IMG/VR virus record: IMGVR_UViG_3300021959_007960
Span: 32,001 to 96,000 of that record
DNA: 64,000 bases
From: a virus
Direction: 5' to 3' (one strand)
The notes under the pieces are model-generated. The model was given only the letters and a program-made list of their open reading frames with translations. It was not told the DNA's origin and did no database searches. The translations under genes were made by a program, and so were the position numbers. Below are positions 1 through 9,070 of this stretch, piece by piece (positions within the stretch are counted from its first letter, which is position 1; each line of letters opens with the position of its first letter).

Positions 1-321
1 AATTATGAGAACAATTTGGTAGAAAATAAATTTCTTAAAGAATATAATTTTGTAGATAAAGACTTAAGATTAATCAACGATGATGGTAAATATGTTGATG
101 AAGAGGGTCGTTTATTGGATGAAAATGGTAGATATATTAATAGCAGGGGTGAGTTTATAGATAAAGACGGAAATTTAGTAGATGATGCGGGAGATTACGT
201 ATTTGAATTTAAGCCGTTCTTGGACAAGGATGGGAAACCTGTACAAAAAGAGAAAACTAATGCTACAAAAAAAGTTGCTAAAACTAAACGAAAGAAACCC
301 GCAGAGACAGTCTCAGAGTAA
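1..321 (+). CDS. 5'-truncated protein directly upstream of tape measure (possible tail assembly chaperone), with 7-residue xDxxGxx repeats
   Basis: Frame is open from base 1 (NYENNLVENKF...). Repeats INDDGKY/VDEEGRL/LDENGRY/INSRGEF/IDKDGNL/VDDAGDY. Chaperone role inferred from position only. Confidence 0.6.
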   Translation, partial: NYENNLVENKFLKEYNFVDKDLRLINDDGKYVDEEGRLLDENGRYINSRGEFIDKDGNLVDDAGDYVFEFKPFLDKDGKPVQKEKTNATKKVAKTKRKKPAETVSE

Positions 322-348
322 AACATTTGGTGGTTTAGTATTTTCCAA

Positions 349-383
349 AGGGGCACTACGTTTTTTAGCGTAGTGTTCTTTTA
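349..383 (+). terminator. Intrinsic terminator-like hairpin
   Basis: aagggcactacg-ttttttag-cgtagtgttctt stem (G-U allowed) followed by T-rich tract, just after the stop at 321. Confidence 0.65.
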
Positions 384-403
384 TTTTAAAGGATACCTAA
401 TAA

Positions 404-3400
404 ATGGCTAAAGGTTACAATCTTACAGTTCAGCTTAACTTACAAGGCCCTAATAATCTTAGTGGGGTTGTTAATAACATTAATAAAAGACTGAATAATA
501 TTCAGGCTAATGTTAACGTTAAATTACCTACTAGTACTTTAAGACAGATTGCTCAAGTTAATCGCAATTTAAAGCAAACTGGTAAAGATGCAGCTAATGC
601 TGCTAGCGGAATGGAAAAATTCGGTAAGGCTGCTGGTTTAGCTGTTAAGCGTTTTGGTGCATTTACTGCTGCTACTGCTGGTTTTTATGCAATTACTAGG
701 GCTACACAACAGTCTTTAGAGAAATTTGTAGAATTTGATAGACAGGTAACAAGAATTGCTCAGGTTACAAATAGCACAAAACAATCTCTTAATGGTCTTA
801 CCAACGAAATTACAAAACTATCTGTTTCTTTAGGAGCTAGTAGTTCTGAACTGGCTAGTGTTGCTGTTACTTTGAGTCAGGCTGGTCTAAGTGCTAGAGA
901 AACACAAAGAGCATTAAAAGCATTAGCCCTAACTACATTGGCTCCTACGTTCAGCAATTTGAATAATACTGTTGAAGGTAGTATTGCCTTGATGAAACAG
1001 TTTAGTATTAGTACTAGACAATTAGAACAGGCATTAGGTAGTATTAATGCTGTAGCCGGAAGTTTTGCTGTTGAAGCAGGTGACCTGATTACAGCTGTTC
1101 AAAGGGCTGGTGGTGTGTTTGCTTCTGCCAGTAAAGGCGTAGCTACAGGAACAGAAGCTCTGAATCAGTTCTTGGCTGTGTTTACCAGTGTTAGGGCAAC
1201 TACTCGTGAAAGTGCTGAAACAATTGCTACTGGCTTAAGAACTATTTTTACCCGTATTCAAAGAGCAGACACTATTGAGGCATTAAAAGCATTTGGTGTT
1301 ACTCTGACAGACTTAGAAGGTAAATTTATTGGTCCTTTCAGAGCTATAGAACAGTTAAGTAAAGGGTTGAGAACCTTAGATCCTAGATCTCTACAGTTTA
1401 GTGGTATTGTTGAAGAACTTGGTGGATTCCGTCAGGTTGGTAAGGTTATTCCTTTAATCCAAAGATTTTCTACAGCACAACAAGCCCTTAATGTTGCTCA
1501 ACAAGGTTCTGGTTCTTTAGCTAGAGATGCTGCTACAGGTCAACAGGCTTTAGGTGTTCAGATCTCTAAAGTACAACAGCAGTTTGATGCTTTGATTAGA
1601 AGTATAGGACAAACAGGAGAGTTTAGACAATTTATAACTTTAAGTCTTGATCTAGCTAGTGCTTTAATTAAAGTTGCAGATGCTATCAAACCAGTATTGC
1701 CTGCATTGGCTGCTTTGGGAGCTGCTAAAGTAGTAGGAGGCTTAGGAGGTTTAGCTAAAGGCTTTAAAGGAGGACTAGGTTTCAATCAGGGCGGTGTGGT
1801 TCCCGGTAGCGGTAACTTTGACAGCGTTAAAGCTAATCTGACTCCTGGAGAATTTGTAATTAGGAAAAAAGCTGTACAAGCTATTGGTGTCGATAATCTT
1901 TATAGGATGAATAAGTATGCTAAAGGAGGTCCTGTTAAACCTGATTCTCTAGGCAGTTCAGAAATTCGTTCTAGAATTGTTAGAACGGGCAAGGCAGATC
2001 AGTATTTAGCAGGTCAAAGAATTAATGCAGGTGATCGTATTAATTTAGATATAAAAAGTATTCCTTTTGATGGAGGTAAAGTAGGCAATACTGAGTTTGA
2101 AAAAAGAGTTGCAGCTAGTTTGGGAGGAACATGGAAAGGAGGCAATGCCCCTGTTGATGTTATTGCTCCTGGATATGGTCCGATAGAGGTAAGGAACAGA
2201 TCCAGATTTACCCCAGCCTCAGAATTGGCAGATAAACTTGCTAGATATAAAATAGGCACTGTTGGAGACGCTGCATTAAGTAATCAAATGCAAAATGACA
2301 ATATTAATCTTGGTAGAATATATGTTGCATACAATACTGGTAAATTATCGAAACAAGATAAAGAAAAATTAACAGCTAAAGGGAAAGGAATTAAGAAGCT
2401 TTCTGCATTACCTAAAACTAAAAAAGCAGCAGGAGGTGCTATCAGTGGACAAGACACCGTCCCTGCTTTACTTACTCCCGGTGAGTTTGTAATTAATAAA
2501 GGCGCTGCTAGTAGAATAGGATCTTCCAATCTTAAGGCTCTTAATAATGTCGATAAAATCACTGGATATAACAATGGTGGCTTTGTTCAAAGATTCCGTG
2601 GAGGAGGAATGCCAAGTGATCCTGCTTGGAAAAAGAGAGGGTTTAAGATTGGTGGTGGTGGTGGTGGTCGGGAACCTGGAGCACTTGATTTATTTGTAAT
2701 ACAAGGTGGTATATCTGCTTTTAGTGCGGCTATAGGAGATGCTACAAAAGAAACAGCAACTGCTGGAAATGCTTTACAGTCACTAGGCACTGCTGCCTCC
2801 GCAAGTATTGTAGCTTTTCAAGCTTTGAAAACATTTGGTGGAAAGAGAGTGTCAGGTAAAGTTGCTGGACGAGCTGCTCTTGGAATAGGTGCAATTGTTG
2901 CTTTTGATGGAATTATTAAAACTATTTCAAATACTGCTGCTGACTTTGATAAGAAATTAGGTCAAACTAATTTTGACAAAGCTTTAGATACTGCCAGTAA
3001 GTCTTTAGAATTGTTAGCTAAAAACGGAAATGATGCGGCAGCGGCTGCTCAATTACAAGCGCAACTAGCTAGTGCAGTAGATTCTGCAAGAGCCGTAGAT
3101 GCAGCAGCAACAGGTAGCAGAGGTAGTTTACGTCAAGGTATGATGGATATGGTTGCGTATGTTTCTGGCACTGGAGGAGCTGCTGGTATTAGTAGTGGTA
3201 TGGGCGATACGTTTGATGTTGCAGCTAGTAGGGTACGTGCTAATCAAGGGATAACTGGTGCGTTTTTTGAATTCATAGACCCAGAAGGTTTTGCTAAACA
3301 AGTAAATGCTGAGATTGCAGCTACTCAGGATGCATCAGCTAGAAGATATAGTGCTATTTCAGATATGACAATGCAAAGAGGATTGCAACAAGTTGACAGA

Positions 3401-6400
3401 GGAGCTAGTATAGAACAAGTCTCTAGAGGCTTAAACGCTGAACAAAGAGAAGCTATAGCTAGATCTACTGTAGCAGGAGCAAAACGTTTAGATGCTGCAG
3501 GCGGGGCGGGTACAGCAGCTGGTCAGGATATTATTAACCAAGAAGTTACAAAACAACTTAAGCTTACTCTCGGCCCTGCTCTTGCTGATAGAATTGCTAG
3601 AAATGCTAATGCGGCGGCAGCACAATTACAGGTAGCTTTGGAAAGAACATTTAGTAAAATGGATCAGGCGTTTTCAAGAGTTGCAGCTAATATGGATTCT
3701 AATTTCTCCAGAGCTGCATCTACACTCGCTGCTGGATTAGGGAAAACAGGTATTAGATTTGATAATAATCAACAAAAAAGTATATTGGATAATCCTGAAG
3801 CTTATGCATCAAATACTGTTAAAGAAGCTATAGATAGAGTAACTTCTAACTTTGGTCCTAGAGGTAGTAGGGTAGGAGACTTAGCTTTTGCTAGTACTCA
3901 AATTGGAGATAACATAGAAGGTATTGTTAATAGAAGAATTTCAGGAGCTAAACCAGGTGCTGAAGCAGAAACTATTATCAAGGGTGTTGGTGCAGATTTA
4001 ACGAATATGATTAGTGGACTAAACTTAGGCTCTGATATTGAAACAACCATTAATAGACAACTTAAGGAAGCATTTAAAACAGCATCTAAAAATGTAGCAG
4101 GACTTTCTGGAGCAGAAAGAGATGCTGCACTTAAAGAAGAAATTAATAATATTGTTAAAAATCTACCAGCGTTGAATGGAGCTTTAGATGTTGTTAAAAG
4201 AGGTTTTGAAGTTCTTAGTAGTGCTCAAAAACAATATAGTCAAGCTGTTCAACAAATTAGTGAAGCCATCATCCAACGTAATGAATATTTCAATAGAGCT
4301 TCATCTATTAGAAGAGAAGGAGGTGTAGCATTACGAAGAGGATTAGGAGAAAACATTCCTATTACAGACGTTATTAAAAATGTTGCTGCAAGCGTAGCTG
4401 ATCAAACTGGTGGGGTTACTGGTATACAACAATTAGGAGATAATTTAAAAAATCTAATTGCTCGAAGAGAACAAATAGAAGCTAGAAGAGATTCTCTGTC
4501 AGGCACTAATAGTCCAGAGTGGAAAAAGTTAACAGATGAATTAGGCAACATTAATGTAGAAATAGACAAAACAAGAAGTGGCTTAGAAACTTTTGCTAAT
4601 AGTACAGAAATAGCAACAGCTGCATTAAGTGAAATATCACGAATTAGACAAAGAGCAGAAGAACAATCAGCGTTTGGCGAAAGGCTTATAGGATCTACTC
4701 CAAGAGAATTAGGGGATATACAAGGTTTAATATACACTTTGGAAAATGTTGCTAGTGGAGGATCATTAGATTTAAATAATAGCTTTATGGCACAAAGAGC
4801 TTACATGGAAAGCCTAATGAGTGGTGGTAATATTTTTGAAGCTAGACAAGCTGCACAACAAGGATTGGCCAATGAAAGAGGTGGAGTAGTTAGTATTCTT
4901 AAAGAATTGAAACCTTTCTTTGGTGAAGATAATAAAGAATTTAATAAGACGTATGAAACTGTGATGAGATCATTCTTAAGTTCAATTGGAATGATGACTC
5001 CTGCTTTTGAAAAAATGTTTGAAGCAAGAAGAAATGCTACAGACAGACAACAACAACTAATACAGGTTTACCAGAGAGCTACTGACGCACAAGCACGAGC
5101 TAATGAAGCATTAGGACAAACTATTCCTATACAACAAGCTATAGTAGCATCTAATCAGAATTTAGCTGGGGCGATGGTGAACTTAACTAAAGCTATTAAT
5201 GGTATGGCTCAAAGACAAGGATTTGCTAGTGGTGGTGTTGTATATGCTTCTCAGGGTCAATTGGTAAATATGCAACCTAAAGGCACAGATACTGTACCTG
5301 CAATGCTTACTCCTGGAGAGTTTGTTGTTAATGCTCAAGCAACTAAGAAAAATTTAGGATTGCTTCAAGCTATTAATGCAGGCGGCACTGGAAAGACACA
5401 CACTGATGGAGGGGTTCTCTATGCTGAAGGTGGAGTTGGCCCAATCCCTGGGGTACAAGGACGACCGCAACAGGTATTCACGCCAGAACAGTTTTATCAA
5501 TATTATTGGAATCAGAATATGCAAAAGTATGGCACATTTATGCCTAGAATGAATTTAAGGACAGGAAGAATGGAAATGAAAGGGACTATGCCTCTTGCTT
5601 ATCAGCATTTAGCATATTCTCAGGCAGAGGCTGCGTTTTTTCAGCAGGATGCTAGAGGGCGACAACAAGCTAGGCAAGAGCAGCAACAAAAGTATATAAC
5701 TGGCCTTCAAACTTCATATATGGCAGAGCGTAAAGCAGAACTGAAAAAGAGATTCCCAGGTGCTACTGATGCACAAATAAACACTTTTATACAAAATGAA
5801 GCACAAGACCCAGCTAAATTGTATGAATATCAACAAAAGAAAAAACGGGAACATTACCAATACGTACAGGCATACAAAGCAGCTAAGTTTGCTGGCCAAG
5901 AAGTGCCTGACAAAATGTTGAGTCAAAATGAGTATCTACAGCGGGAAGATCCACCTACAGCATCTTCTATAATTGGTAAAGCTAAGGGTCGTCCCGAAAC
6001 AAGAGGGGCTGGTGGTATGTTTGCTGGATTTGACATGACGAATGTAAAATCTGGTCGTCCTGGTGCATCTCGTGATTCCGACGCAGCACAAAAAAGACAT
6101 GATGAAAAATATTTATACAAACACAGAGATCCTGCAACTGGACAACTTAAATTTACTAGAGGTAATATAGTTGGAACAGATAGTAATGGTAATTTACAAA
6201 TAGCTACAATTGATAGAGATGGTAATCTTACTGGAAATACTGCAACAGTTCAGTATGATAATTTAACTCCTACAGCTAAAACAAAGGCTGCTGGTAAATT
6301 AACTACATCATTAATTGGTGGAGCAGGATCGGCTGCTATTTCTGGAACTAGTGGTGCTTCAGAATTTATATCAGGAGTAATAGATACTGCTGAGGGGGTA

Positions 6401-9049
6401 GGAACTTCAATAATATCTGCATATGAACAACAAAAATTAGAAAGAAAAAAAAGAAGAGAACGCAGAGAGGCGTTGTTTGCTCAAGGTAAGCAAATAGGAA
6501 GCAACATTGTAGGAGCAGTAAAAGACACTGTTTCTACTGCGACTAATCTTGTAGGAGAAGCCTCAAATCTTGTAACAAAAGGAATTGAGTCTTTAGCTTA
6601 CCATAGTCTACCTGCAACTAATGTGACAGGTAAGAGATATGGTAATGATTATGATCCAGCTCAAATTGCTGCCATAAACAGAATGCAAAACAGACCAACT
6701 GATGCTGCTGGTAATACTGCTCGTGTTGAAACTTTTAGAAATACTCATCCTGGTTTAAATGCTAGTAAATATACTAATTTTATAGAAGATGTAAGAGCAG
6801 CTGAAAGTGCTACTAAAGCTGATCTTGAAAAGTTTGGTTCTGATTCAATGACTATGAATTATGGCAAAGGATATAGTATTACACGATACAAAGACGGTAG
6901 AGTAGAAGTAAATGTTCCTACAGCACAACAAGTAGAACAGGCTACCAGTGGTTATTCTACTAATGTTAGAAGTGGAGCGTTTTATGATTATGGTAGTGAT
7001 ACTCCTGATTTGGTAAATCCACTAGTACCAACGTTAGGTATGCCTGGTGCTGTTGGTTCTACGGCTATGGATGCTTCACTTTTTGAACGAATGGGCTATG
7101 CTCAGACATTACTACAAGCATTTGCTGGTTCTCCCGGAGCGAAACCTAGTATGGCAAAAGGCAAGCCGGTAACTCCTCCGTTAAAATCAGTGCCTCTTAC
7201 CAGTAGAATTAGAACAAAGACATTTAGACCTAACGCTCCAGGGACAAGTCAAATTGATGTAGGTGGGGGTAATATGGCAAGAGGTGTACCTCAGCGGCAA
7301 GCTACACTAGCTAGACAGCAAGCTTTTTCTAGAGGACCAGCAGCTCAGAAGATGTACAATCAGTTAAGAGATAATGGCATGCCTCATGACCAAGCTGTTA
7401 TGACAATGCAAAGTCAAGGATTTAATCCTAAGAGTCGTGCTACTGAAGCTAAGTTAATGGAAAACTATGGTTTTGAAGGATTGAAAACACCGACAGCTCA
7501 AAAACCACGTGTAAAACTTCCAGTCTCTCAGTCAGGTCAGTCAGGAGCATCATCATCGGTAGACTTTACCAATGTTCGTGGTGGTCGTCCACAAGGAACA
7601 CAAATCAGCGAATCAGCTGCTATGAGACAAGCCAGACTCGTAGGAGATCCTAGAGGAACAGCAGGTAGCGGATACGGCATGAGACAGACTTTAACAACTT
7701 CTCCAATGTCTAGAAGCGGTTCAGCATCTGAGTCAGCAGCGCGAGAATTGTTTTTGAAATATGGTATAGGTTCCTTGCCAGGTGGTTCAACATCTGTGGC
7801 AGCTAAACCTACAACAGCAGCTAAACCTACAACAGCAGCTAAACCTACAACAGCAGCTAAACCTACAACAGCAGCTAAACCTACAACAGCAGCTAAACCT
7901 GCAAAAACTAGACCACAAATGAAATCATTTGCAGAAGAACGAATGGAGAATTTTGAAAAATTTAGCAAGGACCCTACTTTTACATTATCTGCAGTTCGAA
8001 AAAAATATGGAAGCAGCCAGAAAAAGTCAGAACGTGAGTTTTTAGCTCAGTATGAAAAAATGCCTCGTGTTTTAGATGCGTTTAGAACTTATGGAGCAGA
8101 GAATTACGGTAGATTCCGGTCTGCCTCGAAGAGACCAGAAGCACAGTCTTTCGACAAAGCGTTCACACAGTTTGCACGCGAACAGATACTTAAAGGAGGA
8201 GCTCCTAGAACCGAGAGTGGAGATTATGCTGGAACGGGATATCGAATTGATTCGGGTATTGCGCGTGTGTATGGTCCAGACTCTGCTGGTCGAGGTCGAG
8301 CAATTTTATATGAGATCCCTATGGGTAAAGTAAAAAATCCAGCTAATTTAGAAAAACTATTTAAGACGCAAGGCATTCAGAGATTTGCTTCTGGAGGTAT
8401 TGTTGGAAATTACTTTAACACAGGAGGTCTTGCTAAAGGAACAGATACAGTACCAGCCATGCTTACTCCGGGAGAATTTGTAGTTAACAGAGAAGCTACT
8501 CAAAAAAATAGGGGCTTATTAAGCTCCATAAATAATGGTGTTACATATGCTAACGAGGGAGGAATAATTGGTAATGGAGGAGGCAATGGTGGTGGTATGG
8601 ATTTTTCGGGCTTTATAACCGCTGCTAATACACTAACCCCAAATCTTGCTCTTTTTGCTGAGGCTGCCACAGCATTCTCTAATATAGAATTTGGTGTATT
8701 AAGTGATGTAGGCACTCAATTTCAAGGAGCTTCTAATGCTTTTGGATTAGCTGCTAGGAATTTTGGTGCTCCAGTAACTAAATTTGATAATTCTATTGGC
8801 ATGTTTGTAAATCAAACAAATCAACTTATAGCAGCTATTAGCAATATGGGACAAATACAAGGAACAGTTAATGTGGTAGGAACTATAGCTTTTGCTCCTA
8901 TAGAAGTTAATGTTCTTGGTTTAGACCAGATAGCTGGTTTGATAGGAGGTATTGAAAATAGCGTATTGGCACAAGTTGGTGCGGCACTATCACAAGACAA
9001 TCCAGGTATTTCTGTAAACACTTTAAGCTCAGGTGGATCACTAGCATAA
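404..9049 (+). CDS. Phage tail tape measure protein (TP901-like core) with long modular C-terminal extension
   Basis: 2881 aa. Ala/Gly/Gln-rich helical N-terminus with TMP core (ESAETIATGLRTIFTRI, GVTLTDLEGKF). Four GG..DTVPAMLTPGEFV-type motifs. Starts the tail gene block. Confidence 0.9.
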   Translation: MAKGYNLTVQLNLQGPNNLSGVVNNINKRLNNIQANVNVKLPTSTLRQIAQVNRNLKQTGKDAANAASGMEKFGKAAGLAVKRFGAFTAATAGFYAITRATQQSLEKFVEFDRQVTRIAQVTNSTKQSLNGLTNEITKLSVSLGASSSELASVAVTLSQAGLSARETQRALKALALTTLAPTFSNLNNTVEGSIALMKQFSISTRQLEQALGSINAVAGSFAVEAGDLITAVQRAGGVFASASKGVATGTEALNQFLAVFTSVRATTRESAETIATGLRTIFTRIQRADTIEALKAFGVTLTDLEGKFIGPFRAIEQLSKGLRTLDPRSLQFSGIVEELGGFRQVGKVIPLIQRFSTAQQALNVAQQGSGSLARDAATGQQALGVQISKVQQQFDALIRSIGQTGEFRQFITLSLDLASALIKVADAIKPVLPALAALGAAKVVGGLGGLAKGFKGGLGFNQGGVVPGSGNFDSVKANLTPGEFVIRKKAVQAIGVDNLYRMNKYAKGGPVKPDSLGSSEIRSRIVRTGKADQYLAGQRINAGDRINLDIKSIPFDGGKVGNTEFEKRVAASLGGTWKGGNAPVDVIAPGYGPIEVRNRSRFTPASELADKLARYKIGTVGDAALSNQMQNDNINLGRIYVAYNTGKLSKQDKEKLTAKGKGIKKLSALPKTKKAAGGAISGQDTVPALLTPGEFVINKGAASRIGSSNLKALNNVDKITGYNNGGFVQRFRGGGMPSDPAWKKRGFKIGGGGGGREPGALDLFVIQGGISAFSAAIGDATKETATAGNALQSLGTAASASIVAFQALKTFGGKRVSGKVAGRAALGIGAIVAFDGIIKTISNTAADFDKKLGQTNFDKALDTASKSLELLAKNGNDAAAAAQLQAQLASAVDSARAVDAAATGSRGSLRQGMMDMVAYVSGTGGAAGISSGMGDTFDVAASRVRANQGITGAFFEFIDPEGFAKQVNAEIAATQDASARRYSAISDMTMQRGLQQVDRGASIEQVSRGLNAEQREAIARSTVAGAKRLDAAGGAGTAAGQDIINQEVTKQLKLTLGPALADRIARNANAAAAQLQVALERTFSKMDQAFSRVAANMDSNFSRAASTLAAGLGKTGIRFDNNQQKSILDNPEAYASNTVKEAIDRVTSNFGPRGSRVGDLAFASTQIGDNIEGIVNRRISGAKPGAEAETIIKGVGADLTNMISGLNLGSDIETTINRQLKEAFKTASKNVAGLSGAERDAALKEEINNIVKNLPALNGALDVVKRGFEVLSSAQKQYSQAVQQISEAIIQRNEYFNRASSIRREGGVALRRGLGENIPITDVIKNVAASVADQTGGVTGIQQLGDNLKNLIARREQIEARRDSLSGTNSPEWKKLTDELGNINVEIDKTRSGLETFANSTEIATAALSEISRIRQRAEEQSAFGERLIGSTPRELGDIQGLIYTLENVASGGSLDLNNSFMAQRAYMESLMSGGNIFEARQAAQQGLANERGGVVSILKELKPFFGEDNKEFNKTYETVMRSFLSSIGMMTPAFEKMFEARRNATDRQQQLIQVYQRATDAQARANEALGQTIPIQQAIVASNQNLAGAMVNLTKAINGMAQRQGFASGGVVYASQGQLVNMQPKGTDTVPAMLTPGEFVVNAQATKKNLGLLQAINAGGTGKTHTDGGVLYAEGGVGPIPGVQGRPQQVFTPEQFYQYYWNQNMQKYGTFMPRMNLRTGRMEMKGTMPLAYQHLAYSQAEAAFFQQDARGRQQARQEQQQKYITGLQTSYMAERKAELKKRFPGATDAQINTFIQNEAQDPAKLYEYQQKKKREHYQYVQAYKAAKFAGQEVPDKMLSQNEYLQREDPPTASSIIGKAKGRPETRGAGGMFAGFDMTNVKSGRPGASRDSDAAQKRHDEKYLYKHRDPATGQLKFTRGNIVGTDSNGNLQIATIDRDGNLTGNTATVQYDNLTPTAKTKAAGKLTTSLIGGAGSAAISGTSGASEFISGVIDTAEGVGTSIISAYEQQKLERKKRRERREALFAQGKQIGSNIVGAVKDTVSTATNLVGEASNLVTKGIESLAYHSLPATNVTGKRYGNDYDPAQIAAINRMQNRPTDAAGNTARVETFRNTHPGLNASKYTNFIEDVRAAESATKADLEKFGSDSMTMNYGKGYSITRYKDGRVEVNVPTAQQVEQATSGYSTNVRSGAFYDYGSDTPDLVNPLVPTLGMPGAVGSTAMDASLFERMGYAQTLLQAFAGSPGAKPSMAKGKPVTPPLKSVPLTSRIRTKTFRPNAPGTSQIDVGGGNMARGVPQRQATLARQQAFSRGPAAQKMYNQLRDNGMPHDQAVMTMQSQGFNPKSRATEAKLMENYGFEGLKTPTAQKPRVKLPVSQSGQSGASSSVDFTNVRGGRPQGTQISESAAMRQARLVGDPRGTAGSGYGMRQTLTTSPMSRSGSASESAARELFLKYGIGSLPGGSTSVAAKPTTAAKPTTAAKPTTAAKPTTAAKPTTAAKPAKTRPQMKSFAEERMENFEKFSKDPTFTLSAVRKKYGSSQKKSEREFLAQYEKMPRVLDAFRTYGAENYGRFRSASKRPEAQSFDKAFTQFAREQILKGGAPRTESGDYAGTGYRIDSGIARVYGPDSAGRGRAILYEIPMGKVKNPANLEKLFKTQGIQRFASGGIVGNYFNTGGLAKGTDTVPAMLTPGEFVVNREATQKNRGLLSSINNGVTYANEGGIIGNGGGNGGGMDFSGFITAANTLTPNLALFAEAATAFSNIEFGVLSDVGTQFQGASNAFGLAARNFGAPVTKFDNSIGMFVNQTNQLIAAISNMGQIQGTVNVVGTIAFAPIEVNVLGLDQIAGLIGGIENSVLAQVGAALSQDNPGISVNTLSSGGSLA
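7799..7900 (+). repeat. Perfect 18-bp in-frame tandem repeat (gcagctaaacctacaaca x5 plus 12 bp) encoding AAKPTT
   Basis: Read directly from sequence. Confidence 0.97.
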
Positions 9050-9070
9050 TTTAAAAAGGGTATATTAATC

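Noticed and set aside
265-285. Programmed -1 frameshift (G/GT tail chaperone) at A AAA AAA
   Set aside because: The -1 frame reaches TAA after two codons. ORF 182..373 is in the +1 frame and runs into the terminator, so it is probably spurious.
7799-7900. Possible CRISPR array
   Set aside because: Units are contiguous with no spacers and lie in frame inside a CDS. The Cas4-like gene has no cas1/cas2 neighbours.
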